This document shows positions 36,904 to 49,829 of a DNA stretch of 64,000 nucleotides, in pieces. A model generated the notes under the pieces. The model did no database searches, was not told the origin of the DNA, and saw only the letters and a program-made list of their open reading frames with translations. The stretch spans positions 12,524,001-12,588,000 of the forward strand of contig JBHGNT010000006.1 in NCBI GenBank assembly GCA_043228905.1, given 5' to 3'. Origin of the DNA: Azolla caroliniana (taxonomy: Eukaryota; Plantae; Polypodiophyta). Each line of letters starts with the position of its first letter. Positions within the stretch are counted from its first letter, which is position 1. Position numbers and translations under genes: made by a program.

Positions 36904-37489
36904 TGTCGTACAATTCATGCTTGATGTGTCGAACCACCAAGGTTTCGTACAAAGAGAATTGTAACAAAAAGTGAGAGAGATGAGCGTGAATAAGATATAG
37001 AGAGAGTATATGATAAAAACAAGCTTTATTATATTGAGAATATAAGATTTTTACCAAAGTTACAATGCTCGATTACAAAGATGATACTTTATCTCTGCTA
37101 AACTCTAACTCAAACCCTTGACTTCAATTTTGAAAGACGAGAGAAGACACTTTGCACATGAGCTATCTTGATTTATTGTTGATTGATTGATTAACCAATT
37201 CCTTGATCAATTCACCCCAATACCTTGATACTTCCTTTCCCTCTCTTTATAGAGGTCCTCTCATGCATATGATGCATGTGAGGGTGCATGACATGCATGC
37301 AATGCATGTGATGTGTGATCGCCATTTGGTGCACATGCGTTCCTTGTGATGCATGCTAGTCATAAGACATTAGTATAACGATACAAATATAATCATATAG
37401 AACAGCTTATCCTAGTGGTTTATACCCTATACTTGATATAATATTTGAGTTTGTTTTAATATCGTGAAGCAATCAATTGCTTCACGACA
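36904..37489 (-). mobile_element. probable solo LTR
   Basis: Inverted ends TGTCGT...ACGACA flanked by CCGT on both sides; GA-rich tract and TATA-like motif. Confidence 0.6.
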
Positions 37490-37937
37490 CCGTTGAAGAA
37501 GCTCACACCATACACATAAATTTCCAAATAGATCTTGCCATGGGACAATTTATGGGATACAAGTATGTTGCCCGTGTCATTTCAATGTCATCATTTGGTC
37601 TCATGGAGAATGACCTATAGGACTAGGATAACAATCGAGCATACTTTTATTTAGGATTTCCAATTATCTATTTGAAGCACCATATACTATGCCTTTAAAA
37701 AGAGATATATGTTTTCTGTCACTCAAACTAATCCAAAAGCATCAGGGTAGATGTACACTAAATAAAACCAGTGACTAATACCTCTAGAGTGAGCCAATGA
37801 CACAACAAATACTATTATTCTAGATGATGTCCTGAACATTGAATGGCAATGATGATGGTGAATTTGCCGAAGGCCACTCCGTTTTAATGACGTGTACATC
37901 TAATGCGTTACTATAAGCTACTATAATTGCACAACAT

Positions 37938-40900
37938 TTAAAAACCTCTAGTTCTCTCGAACAAATATGATTGTTGCTCAGAAAATGCCCCGAGCTTATA
38001 TTGCCCCACATTCATATTCTCAACAGAAATAGAGGGAAACCATATGTGTGAACAAATCAGCAAGTCATCTTCTCCCTTCCTAGAAGCATATTTACACCTC
38101 ATGGCTTCAACCTGTCTTGCATCTTCTTGCATCCCGGCATCCGAGAAGATGGTAGCCATAAGAACGTAAGCTCCAGCACAACCATCATCTAGCTGTACTA
38201 CCTGATCAAAAGCCACTTTGCCAAGCCTTACATTTCCCCATCGTTTACAAGCACACAAGAGAGCAAGCCAAACTGCAGGATGATCGGAACAAGGCATTAC
38301 CTTAATCACCGACATTGCCTGATCAAAGTATCCTACACATCCAAAAACTGTCACCATGCATGTATGATGTTCTATGGTTGGGACAACACCATATTTCCTA
38401 GTCATATCATCAAAAAGCATTTGAGCCTCATCCAATAACCCTGCATGACTACAAGCTGTGAGTATGCAGACAAAAGTGATATCATCAGGCGAAAGACCTT
38501 CACTTTGCATCCTTTCGAAACACTTCAATGCTGCATGACCTTCTCTTTGTTGGGCGTGGCCTGCAATGAGAGCATTCCAAGATACTAGATCACGATTCGG
38601 AAGCTCTTCTAGCACTTGCCTTGCTTTTGCAAGCATGCCACATTTAGCATACATATCAACCAATGCATTACCGAGCATGGGGTCCTTCCACAACAATCCA
38701 TTACTCACTATCTCTTCATGAATTTGTTTTCCATTGTCTAAGGCTCCTGCACTACCACATGCTTTTAAGGTGCAAATCAAGGTGACCACATTTGGTTCAA
38801 CACCCGCACTTTTCATCCTTTCGAAACAGTTCAGTGCTTCATGTGCTTGTCCCTGCTGTGCATATGCAGCAATGAGTGCAGACCAAGAAACCACATCTTG
38901 TAAAGGAAGCTCTTGACACACTTCTAATGCTTTGGCAAGTAGACCACATTTGGCATACATATCCACTAATGCATTACCAAGAACACTATCCTTCTCCAAT
39001 AAGCCCCTATCCACAATCTGATTGTGAATTTCTTTTCCCTTTTCTATAGCTCTTGTAATGCTACAAGCTTTCAAAATACAGGTGAAGGTAACTGGATCTG
39101 GCGATAAGCCCTCATTTTGCATCTGTATGAAACAATTCATGGCTTCGAGTGCTTTCCCGACCTGTGCATATCCCGTAATTAAACTGTTCCAAGAAACCGC
39201 ATCTTTTAGAGGAAGCTCCTCAAGCAGTTGTTGAGCATTTTCAAGATCATCACATCTAGCATACATATCCACCAAAGAATTGCCAAGTGTGACATCATTC
39301 TCCAGCCAGCCCATTCCCATGATTGTTGCATGAATTTCTTTTCCTTTCCTTATTGTTCCTCTAGATCCACATGCCTTCAAGGTGGAAATGAGGGTGATCA
39401 CATTTGGACAGAAACCCTCGTTTTGCATCCATTCCAAACAGCTCAATGCCTCCACGCATTTCCCCTGTTGGGCATACCCTGCAATCAGGGCATTCCACGA
39501 AATTACGTCACGAATAGGAAGCTCTTCAAGGACCTCGCGTGCTTTAACAAGAAAACCACACCTTGCATACATATCGAGCAAAGCAGTGGCAAGCAAAATA
39601 TCCTTCTCCAATAATCCTCTACTTACAATAATTTCATGAATTTGTTTCCCCTTGTCTATGGCTCCAGTGCTTCCACAAGCCTTCAAGATGCAAATAAAGG
39701 TGACAACATTTGGACAGAGTCCCTCACTTTGCATCCATTCATAACAGTTCACTGCTTGGTGGCCTTGCCCTTGTTGGGCATACCCTGCAATCAGTGAAGA
39801 CCAAGAGATTACATTTCGAATAGGAAGCTGTTCGATCACTTGTTCTGCTTTTACAAGCATACCACATTTTGCATACATGTCCACCAAAGTAGTGCCAAGA
39901 ACAATATCCTTTTCAATCAAGCCCATGCTTATTATCTGGTTGTGAATCTGTTTGCCATTGCCCACAGCTCCTACACTGCCACAAGCCTTTAATACACAAA
40001 TGAAGGTTACTGTATCTGGTGATATACCCTCATTTTTCATGCGTTCGAAACAGTCTAGGGCTTCATGGCCTTGCCCTTGTTGTGCATATCCTGCAATAAG
40101 TGAAGACCATGAGATTACATTACGGAAATGAAGTCTTTCCAGGATTTGCTTTGCTTTTGTGAACAAGCCACACTTAGCATACATATCAATCAAAGCATTC
40201 GTCAGCAGAAGATCTTTCGCCAGCAAGCCCCTACTCATAATATCCTCATGAATCTTCGACCCCTTGTCTATATCTCCTACAATACCACATGCCTTCAAGA
40301 TGCAAATAAAGGTGACCACATCTGGAGAGACCCCATCATTTTGCATCCGATCATAGCAACGTAAGGCATCGTGACCTTGACCCTGTTCAGCATACCCTGC
40401 AATTAGTGCATTCCAAGAGATCACATCCCGCACAGGAAGTTCTTCAAGCACTTCTTTCGCCCTTGCAAGCATGCCACATTTTGCATACATATCCACCAAA
40501 GCATTGCAAAGCACAACATCCTTCCCCATGAGGCCTCTATTCACGATCATATCATGAATTTTTTCACCCTCATCTATAGCTCCAATGCTACTACAAGCTT
40601 TCACGATGCAAATAAAGGTAACTAAATCCGGAGGAAGGCCCTCATTTTGCATCCATTCAAAACAATTCAATGCTTCGTGAATATAACCCCATTGTGTATA
40701 TCCAGCAATTAGTGCATTCCAAGAGACCACATTACGAGTAGGGAGATCTTCTAGTACATTTTGCGCCTTCTGGAGCATGCCACATTTGGCATACATGTCC
40801 ACCAAAGCAGTGCCTATCATGACATCCTCCTCCAACAAGCTCCTACTCATAACTTTGCTGTGGATTTGTTTGCCCTTTTCTATAGCTCTAATGCCACCAC

Positions 40901-41897
40901 ATGCCTTCAAGATGCAAATGAAGGTGACAATATCTGGAAAGAGACCCTCATTTTCCAACTGTTCGAAACAGTTTAGTGATTCATAGCATTCTCCTCGTTG
41001 AGTATACCCTGTGATGAGGACATTCCAAGAGACTATATCTCGTTCCGGAAGGCATTGGATCACATAATGTGCCTTTGCAAGCATATCACACTTGGCATAC
41101 ATAGTGGCCAATGCAGTGCTGAGCATGATATCCTTCTCCAGAAGGCCTCTCCTCATAATTTCATCATGAATCACCTTTCCTTTTCTAGCATCTCCTGTTC
41201 TACCACAAGCTTTCAGTACACAAATGAAGGTGATTGCATCAGGAGAGAGACCCTCACTTTGCATCTGTTCAAGACAATTCACCGCACCACAGCACTGCTC
41301 ATGTTGAGCATACCCTGCGATGATCACATTCCACGAGACAGCATCTCGAATTGGGAGTTGTTCAAGCACCTCATGAGCTTTTGCAACCTCCTTACACCTA
41401 ATATACATATCCATCAGGACATTGCCAAGCACAACATACTTCTCCAAAAGCCTAGTTCTGATAACCCTATCATGAATTTCTTTGCCTTTTTCAATAGCTC
41501 TTGTTTGGCCACAAACCTTCAAGATGCAAATGAAGGTGACAGCGTCGGGCAGAAAGCCATCTTTTTGCATTTTCTCGAAGCATTGTAGAGCTTTATGAGC
41601 TTGGCCATGTTGGGCATAGCCTGAAATAAGTGCATTCCAAGGGGTCACATTCCGAATCGGAAGCTCTTCGAGCAATTGGTGAGCTTTTGCAAGAGCGCCG
41701 CATCTTGCATACATACTAATCAAAGTGCATGCTACGTAATAATGGCTGCTGTCGCCAGTGGTGGTTCTCCTAAGCAACCCTCTTCTCAGAATATCTGCAT
41801 GCAATGCCGTGCCATTATGCACATCCTTTATCCTGGCACATGCCTTGAGTAAGGCCACAAAAGTGAAAGCATCGCCATCAATGATGATTCCGGTCAT
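37938..41897 (-). CDS. PLS-class PPR protein with E1/E2 (1319 aa), no DYW
   Basis: 11 P motifs in 102-aa triplets, EHHTCMV, WLALLCAC, GAYVLMATIFSDAGMQEDA. Confidence 0.94.
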   Translation of the reverse strand: MTGIIIDGDAFTFVALLKACARIKDVHNGTALHADILRRGLLRRTTTGDSSHYYVACTLISMYARCGALAKAHQLLEELPIRNVTPWNALISGYAQHGQAHKALQCFEKMQKDGFLPDAVTFICILKVCGQTRAIEKGKEIHDRVIRTRLLEKYVVLGNVLMDMYIRCKEVAKAHEVLEQLPIRDAVSWNVIIAGYAQHEQCCGAVNCLEQMQSEGLSPDAITFICVLKACGRTGDARKGKVIHDEIMRRGLLEKDIMLSTALATMYAKCDMLAKAHYVIQCLPERDIVSWNVLITGYTQRGECYESLNCFEQLENEGLFPDIVTFICILKACGGIRAIEKGKQIHSKVMSRSLLEEDVMIGTALVDMYAKCGMLQKAQNVLEDLPTRNVVSWNALIAGYTQWGYIHEALNCFEWMQNEGLPPDLVTFICIVKACSSIGAIDEGEKIHDMIVNRGLMGKDVVLCNALVDMYAKCGMLARAKEVLEELPVRDVISWNALIAGYAEQGQGHDALRCYDRMQNDGVSPDVVTFICILKACGIVGDIDKGSKIHEDIMSRGLLAKDLLLTNALIDMYAKCGLFTKAKQILERLHFRNVISWSSLIAGYAQQGQGHEALDCFERMKNEGISPDTVTFICVLKACGSVGAVGNGKQIHNQIISMGLIEKDIVLGTTLVDMYAKCGMLVKAEQVIEQLPIRNVISWSSLIAGYAQQGQGHQAVNCYEWMQSEGLCPNVVTFICILKACGSTGAIDKGKQIHEIIVSRGLLEKDILLATALLDMYARCGFLVKAREVLEELPIRDVISWNALIAGYAQQGKCVEALSCLEWMQNEGFCPNVITLISTLKACGSRGTIRKGKEIHATIMGMGWLENDVTLGNSLVDMYARCDDLENAQQLLEELPLKDAVSWNSLITGYAQVGKALEAMNCFIQMQNEGLSPDPVTFTCILKACSITRAIEKGKEIHNQIVDRGLLEKDSVLGNALVDMYAKCGLLAKALEVCQELPLQDVVSWSALIAAYAQQGQAHEALNCFERMKSAGVEPNVVTLICTLKACGSAGALDNGKQIHEEIVSNGLLWKDPMLGNALVDMYAKCGMLAKARQVLEELPNRDLVSWNALIAGHAQQREGHAALKCFERMQSEGLSPDDITFVCILTACSHAGLLDEAQMLFDDMTRKYGVVPTIEHHTCMVTVFGCVGYFDQAMSVIKVMPCSDHPAVWLALLCACKRWGNVRLGKVAFDQVVQLDDGCAGAYVLMATIFSDAGMQEDARQVEAMRCKYASRKGEDDLLICSHIWFPSISVENMNVGQYKLGAFSEQQSYLFERTRGF

Positions 41898-43759
41898 GTA
41901 TCACCCCACCCCACCCACTCTCTCTCTCCCTCTGATGCTTGCTTCCTCCATGGTCCACCTCCATGGCAACCCATCCACCCACCTGCCACAAGACACTGTC
42001 TCTGTCTCTGTCTCTGTCTCTGTCTCTTGCAGTTGCAGTTTAACTTTGCATTGGTAGTAGGGTAGGGTCACGGGTGGAAGGGATTATTTGCGATATAGAT
42101 ATGTACATATGTCATGCCATGTCTATTATACATATGAAGAAGTTACAGAGGTGTTCTTATGAGTTTCTCGATCTTATGCTATGTATGTACATATGTACAT
42201 ACATATATGTAGAATTTGGAAAGACTTTATAAACTAAAATGCTATAACTCCTTGGAGAGCCCATTGGGGTGGTCACTTTTGCCATTATTGAATGTCATTC
42301 ACATTATGTGAGCATTCACATTATGTGAACTTGTCCGTCGCCTTCAAATAATAGATTTACAATTTCCCCAATAAATTAAAAAGATAATTAATCGGGTGAG
42401 GGACATGATGAAATTTTAGCCTAGTGTTATCATGTGAGACGAAGTAAGTGATGCAGTCAACATCAACCAGCAATTGTAAGGCTTTGATGAGTAGGAGGGC
42501 ATGGGGTTTATGGTGCAACTTTGGGTGTGCGCGTAGGAAAATGACCTGTAAATCTTGTGGTGGTAGCAAATATTCAATCGAGAACTTCAAAGACCTAAGA
42601 GGAAAGGCTCCACACCTAGTTTCATACCCCATGGTTCTTGGGTTGTGGACACACCCGTTGGATGACCAACACTTGGCATGCCTATGGGAGGGCAATTTCC
42701 AAGAATGAATCTAAAGCTCAAAGTTGGCGGAGTAGGGGTTAGCAAGATGGGGAGAGTTTGTCAATCATTGGGATTACGGTGATAACTTCTTCTAGCATAT
42801 CCAACAATGGGAGGGTGCCAATGATATCTATGGTTAGGGGTGGAGATGGGAGTTGTGGTGGGGGCACAATCACTATGGGTGGAAGAGATTGAATAATGCA
42901 TGACACTTCATGGGGCACAAGGAGGGTGGATAGTAGTCTGCAAGGAAAAGTCAGCATGAAAAATGTCTTAGTTCCACTTGGACACAACTTACAAGACGAT
43001 GAACCTCACTTTGGACACCCACCATTGTCATGGCATGGCATATGCACAAGGGAAAATACGAAAGGTAGTTCATCTCACAGTCAATCAAAAGGCTACAAGG
43101 AAGAATGATGGGAACATTAGACAATCATGATGAGCTAGGTTAGTATACTACTCTATAAATGCATTGTATACAAGACAATTCAAGCTAATCTACCTAAAGG
43201 GTATACTTAAACATGTGATTTTCGAAGACCTGTATGGGCCTCTTTAGAAAAGTTCTACCTAAAGCCTATTCTCACACTTGTTACCCATGCCTCTCAACAT
43301 GCTACTCGCACTTCATTAATTTACCATTCAAGGACATAAACTTACTCTAAGTTGGACATCCTCCTATCTCATAAGATTATGATAGCATTACAGGTATACT
43401 ACATGTGAATACACCAACAATATAGGTTGATTTACTACAGGTCACATAAACACTACAAAAAAAGACATACCTAGAGGCTAGTACTAAGTAGTATACAATG
43501 AATCTTAAAACATTTAAACAAATACCTAGTGTACGATGAACACTAAATAAATAAGAGAAATTTGGAAAAAAACTTTTAACTATATTAAAATGTTCTACAT
43601 ATACTATCTTACAAATAAACCCTCTCCCTAAATACAAATGTTTGATTGGTCATCATCCCTTGGTTCAATTTTAATTATTAAAACGCTTGTCATCTAACAG
43701 TAGATCACTCTCACCTAAAAAATAGTGTTATCCTTATTTAAGGAGTATTTTGCCTATTT

Positions 43760-44230
43760 TACACCGTATCCCTTTTTTGGGTGACATTTCCATTAAGGGA
43801 TAGTTGGAGGAATAGATTGAGGGAACTATAATGAAGGATGTGTGTCCAGACTTAGTGGCTAAGCACATCAAAAATTGTGAGAAAGTGCTCAAGAGACTCA
43901 AAGATTCCCACTTGACCTTTTTGGATGAGAAATCTTCATTTGGACACACAAAGATACTGGTGGTAGGGCATCTTTGTGGGATGTACCACAAGCACTCTCT
44001 ACAAAAGGTAATGGTCATCCATGAGATGAAAGAGGTGTGTCAAACCTAGATTGAAGTTAATCGGTTCTTGGGCTCATGTGCATTATACAAATCTAGATCC
44101 CACACTATGCGCATATTGTCAAACCGCGGAATGGGCCAAAATGTACATGGGGAAAAGATCGACATTAAGTTGGTGTGAAAGTTATATAAATGGTTGTTAC
44201 CAGAGGTACTTGCACTAAGAAAGGCCATTA
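43760..44230 (+). pseudogene. highly degenerate gypsy-like RT remnant
   Basis: HIKNCEKVLKRLKDSHLTFLDEKSSFG...ILVVGH resembles the RT region after YxDD; boundaries approximate. Confidence 0.5.
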
Positions 44231-45801
44231 ATGATAAATGAAAAAGAACAAAAAATGTTTTTTCACATCCATAGATCTATTTTTCACTCTAGAGTAAATC
44301 ATGCGTGCATTGTGTTTTCCTACTCTCATTGTTTAGTATACAAGTTCTCATTTTGATCAAGCAATATAAGTGGTTCCTTGTTACCCATGATTAATAATAG
44401 GTTGCATTTAGTAAACCTGTCACACCTAACAATCAAGTTTTTATCAAGTGCAAATAGTGCCTTGATCAATTGCCACTAAGGCGACCAAGGAATACCATGA
44501 ATGAGCACATGCCATCAAGAAGAAGGTAAACAAATACCACGACCACTTGAAGGCTACGAATAAGAATCTGGACAAGGAAACCAAGAAACAAGAAGAGTTG
44601 GATATGCACACATGTTACAACCACAAACACAAGCTTGTTGAGGAGCATATTTAGAAAATCATCAATTGAACAATAGGCTTGCGTAGTGGAGAAATGGGCC
44701 AATGCAAAGTATAATAAAATTGAAGTGGCTTGTGCAGTAACCTACCAATGGGTGCCACAATTAGGAATTAAAATAAATTGCATCAAGATAATGGAGATAC
44801 ACACAATGGCATGAGTTGACACCTTCAACCACAACAAAGAACAAGACTAGATATGTTGCAAAGAATATCTCTCCGTGATGGCAAAAAATGATCACAAGGA
44901 TCTGCCAACCACTCAAAGATATTGTTAACGCCCCCATGTGCATGCACACACACACATTCATGAGCCCTAATACCTCGTAGGAATTGAGCAAAATCATTCA
45001 AAGTACACACGAAAGAAAGATTCTGAGTTCCAAATGGATGGAAGATATGAAGGAAGGGTTTGGAAAATGGATGCATTACATTTGCTTCATGATGCGTTAG
45101 TAGATTCCCCCGTGAATGATGTTTTTTTCCAATGTATCACATCTTAGAAAATATATGGAGGCTCATGTTTTACACATTATAATGCTTATATTGCACTAAA
45201 CTACAAATCCATCTTCCTTCAAGGACGAGAAATTTCATTGATCCATGCATGCTAGACCCATCCCTTTGTATGCCATCCACACCATGTGCGAATATAACTT
45301 ACCTCTCATTCTCTTTGATGTGAGACAAGGTAGATAGATATATTTTTTAGCATTCATAAGAGATTGATTACAATCTATGAGGTTGTTTGGGCATAGATGA
45401 GGAGACTTATTGACTATGCAAATTTTGACCTTGATTAAGTTCGAGAGTAAAAGTATCACACTTTGGTACAATCTCTTGCATTCGACCACATTCAAGTTTG
45501 CTTTCCACGGATTGGCAATATGAACTCTCTCTACACACATTCCTCTACAATCATAACATGCACCTTGATTGCAACTTTTATATCAACAAATCTCTCTCTC
45601 TCTTGCAATGTTTGCTACCACTTTTACATACAATGGAGAACCAATACAAGTGTGTAAAGCTTTGAGTAGCTTGGTGTTAATGTCCCATCAACAAATAGGT
45701 GGAACATATGCTATGGGTCTATGTTGGGGACAAGGTCGTCAATGTGGAAGAACAAACAACATCTGTGATGTTGAAGGACCTGTGTATGAGAATAAAACAA
45801 G

Positions 45802-45844
<43 letters not shown>

Positions 45845-46312
45845 AAGAAAGAAAGAAAGATATATTAACGTCTTCTAAGGCTAAATTTGGCCCATGAGAC
45901 AATTGGTTTACAACAAAAGAGTATTTATCCAGTCATCATAACTAAAATAAAATTAAGTAAAAAATAGAACTTAAACTAAAAGAGTTCTAGTAGTGTACAA
46001 TACGTAGTATACTCGAAAGTGACTATCCACTAAGCCTAATTTTATTTCCACCCAAGCCTCTCGAAAAGAAGTGGGGGGGTCAAAGGGTCTTGATGTGGGT
46101 GTGACCCGTGGTTCCAATGTAGAGAGTGCCCTAGCCATGGCTTCTAGGCGGTGTAGCTCACGTTCCCTTATTTTCAATATTGCTTCCACATCACGTCGAG
46201 TTGCTTTGAAACCCAGCACCCGAGGACGTCTGGTTCTTCTCTGGTTTTCTGCCTCATCAATGGAAAGGCCGAGTGGTGCAAGTGTGTCGACATTCGTTAT
46301 CTCCCCCTGTTC

Positions 46313-49300
46313 CTAAAAAACTTCATTTGTTACATGTTCGTGATCATTAGCAACATTATTGTCAACATTTTGTAACTTATTCTCTCTGTGTTGTTTTAGC
46401 TCTAGAATGTATTTGCCTAATTTCTTTATATCTAGAGTATCTAATAGTTTGGGGAGGGTGGGAGACGAACCAAGTATGTCTTGGTATTTTGCCCTTATCT
46501 CGGCATAGGTTGGACACTTGCATGTAAAGTGGTACTCATCCTCTATCTCTATGTGACATAACCTACATATCCTTTCCTCCCTAGGGACTCCACTAGTACG
46601 GCCATTCTCAATCTCAAGTTGGTGAGATGATATTCTAAGTTGTCCAATGGCAACCCTTAGTGCATGTGGTAAGAATACATCTAGATATTTTGGCCGCGTG
46701 ATAAAACCTAACTCAGAGAAGTGCATGAAGTGTTTCTTATAGTACGACATTTTAGATGGGAGTGGCTCTAGTGGGGTGATCCATTTACACCGAGTGTAAA
46801 TTTGCCATATTTCTTGGCGTATTACTTTATTGCGGTCCTCATGAGAGATTAAAGTGATATCACTCGTGTGGTTGTACCTAAGGGGAGGTAGGTTATTAAT
46901 GTCTAGACCATTCGCAAGAAGCCAACTCACCATCATGCCATACCATGAGCTAGTATAGCCGGACTCATACAATGATCGAGTGGCCTTAAAGGCTTGATGA
47001 GATATTCTATCATGTGGTTGTCTATGTATCTTGTGAATGAAGACTACAAGTTGAAAAAGTGCCTCTACTAACATTGGGGGTAACGTGAACTCAGCCCTAA
47101 TAATGTCATGTGGTATAGTCGATTTGCTTTGGAGTTGGCGTGATAGCATCATCACCAATGGTCTCTCTAATTGCGTCCACATGAAAGATGGTAATCCTGG
47201 AGCCCAAACCATTGATGCATACATGAGGGAGGGGGTCACTAATGAGTCAAAGAGCCACCCTTTAGTCCGTGGCTCTTGAAAGTGTGCTTGGTGGCATTGT
47301 CTCTCTAGGAGTGAGAGGGATGCATGTCCTCTCGTGAGTCTATCCTTCGCTGCCTGTGTCATCGAAAATTTACCTGAGCGGGCACTAAAAGTGACTTTGA
47401 GATAGACGTATGATCCAACCACCTCGACTGGGCTATGGGAGATAGTTAGGTGACACTTAGCTCTAACTTGGGCCGATGTGTGGAAGATAAGGACTTTTGT
47501 TTTCCCTAGATTCACTACCAATCCTCGTTGTACACAAAAGTCATCTAAGGCATTAACGTGCCTTTGTAGATCGTGTTCGGATTCAGAGAGCAAAACTGTC
47601 ATCCACATAGAGCAAGATACGAACCTGCGTATCCCCAAGGACCACTCCGGTGCCTCCCTCACGAGCAATAAAATCTGTGATCTCATCAATGTAGATCCCA
47701 AAAAGCGTCGGTGATAGGGGGCAACCTTGTTTTACACCAATAGTGCTAGTGAAACGATTAGATAGGCCACCTGGGCATCGGACACACCCGGACACTTGTT
47801 CATATAGTGCGTAGATGGCCCATACCATATCATCTGGTATCCTCAAGCTTTTAAGTCTATCAAACAACCGCTCTCTAGGGACTGTGTCAAAGGCTTTGCG
47901 GAAGTCCACAAAACAACAATATAATTTCTTCTTGCGAGCCTTAGTTTGGTCAATTAGGCATCTAAGTGTGAAGATATGATCAATAGTGGAGAAGGCTCGT
48001 CTAAAGCCAACTTGTTCAGGTGCACGAAGGTTTAGGGTCTCCATATAGTCGCTAAGCTCTGCTTCCATTACTGCGCCATATAACTTAGCAAGGGTATGGC
48101 CTATCATAATGGTCCTATATATATTTGGGTCCATGGGGTCCCCCCCTTTATGTATGGGGGCCATTGTATTCATAGTCCATTGTGGTGGAAAACCCTCCGC
48201 AAGGGCACGATTGAAGATTAGAGTTAGCAAGGGAGCTAGGCACTCTCTCGCATATATAATGTGTTCTGCTCGCAATCCTGTGTGGTCCATGGACTTCCTA
48301 TGTTGTAATTTCTTTATGACCTTCACGACCCTAGAGGTCGTGAAAAGTGTCCCTGTGGTAGGCCGGGGTGTGGAAGGCATTGGAATGGGTGGTTGGTTTG
48401 GGATTTGGTAAAGTCTCTCTGTATATGTGTGCCAAGTTTCGGGATCTTCGATGGGTGTTTGTGGTCTTGGCTCCCCTAGTCTCTTCCATGCCGTGGCACA
48501 ATCGCTACTCATGAGCATATGGTAGAGTTCCCAATATTGGGATGCCTCCCACGCTCATCTCTTACGACGTGTCATCTTGCGCATTTCTTTGCGAGCTTGT
48601 ATGGAGGTAATACTACCATTGAGTTGCGATAATGTAAGTTGTCTATGTAAGTCCCTACAATCCTCATCATACCATTTATTTTGTGGCATTGATCCTGATC
48701 TACCTTGATTTGAGTGTTTTGTATATGGGAAACTGCTAGCTGCTACGGAGTGAAGGATGTGTGTGAGTTTCGTACTAAGGCTTTCTAATGGCAGGGAGGG
48801 ATCAAGGGAGGGGAGATGGGCCTGAACATGTTGAGAGTATATGTCAGAGAGCTCATGTGTGAAATGTATTGTGGTGTGATGGCATGATTGACTAGACTTG
48901 GTGACCTTAGAGATATCACATTTTAACTCGAAGTATAAGAAACTATGGTCTGCGCCAATAGGGCATGGGGCCACTCGGAAGGAGTTAATCATGTGGGTAG
49001 CTTCAGGGCGTCCTATTAGATAATCAACTGTGCTTTCCCCTCCTCCATGTGGGAAACATGTGAGCTCTTCCGAGCCCGGCCACTTAGCTAAACCATTATA
49101 TATGACCATCCGGTGCCAACTGCCAAGTTCGAGCAGATGATGGCCAAAGCTCGTGGCGTCCGCACCTTGATCCTTTGATCTACGTGTGGTGCCTATGTCT
49201 AAAGGATCAACATTTACCATTTCTAGGTTTCTATTCATCTGAAATACTGTGCATTGTCGGGATTGGGTTCTCGCATTGAAGTCTCCTACAAGAAATACTT

Positions 49301-49784
49301 CTCCTTGGGAAGAATATCGGATTATGTCATCCAATAGGGGTTCGTATGGGGAAGGCCCATGTGGCATTCCTTCATCGACTAATCTCGCCAAGCCACCAAT
49401 ATTATAACGGGATCCTTTTGGGGGAAAGTAACAAATGGCAAAAAATACTGCCTGGTCTTTGCTTGTGGAGACTTTCACCCACATAAAACGAGCTTCTGGG
49501 TCTATCTTCATTATTTCTATCCTATTATGTAGCTCTCTACGAAACAGTATCGCGACACCTCCAGATCCCCTAGTAGTGTGTCGACGTGAGGTTTGTCTAA
49601 AAGCGGACTCCCAACGGAATCCTTCGACCCGTGGGAGTCCTCTATTTGGGCTCTGATGTGTTTCTACGAAGAAAAGTATATCAGATACCTTTAGTATCTC
49701 CTCTAGGCGGCCGAGGTGTGCCCAGAGTGCGTCGTTACAATTCCATAAGGTCATCCTAAGTGCATTTTCTGTCACATGGGCCAC
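46313..49784 (-). pseudogene. LINE ORF2 (AP endonuclease, RT, C-terminal zinc finger) with a stop and a frameshift
   Basis: WNCN, VETH, GDFNA, VDY, DH; FVDFRKAFD, GVKQGCPLSP, YVDD; LRISSHQLEIE..RICRLC..EDEYHF..CP. Confidence 0.93.
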
Positions 49785-49829
49785 ACGCCGTCAATTAGTA
49801 GTGCGATCATTTATGATCACTCACCCGTC

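Noticed and set aside
23474-41588. Many antisense ORFs over the PPR genes
   Set aside because: They are shadows of the repetitive PPR coding strand, recurring with the 306-bp period.
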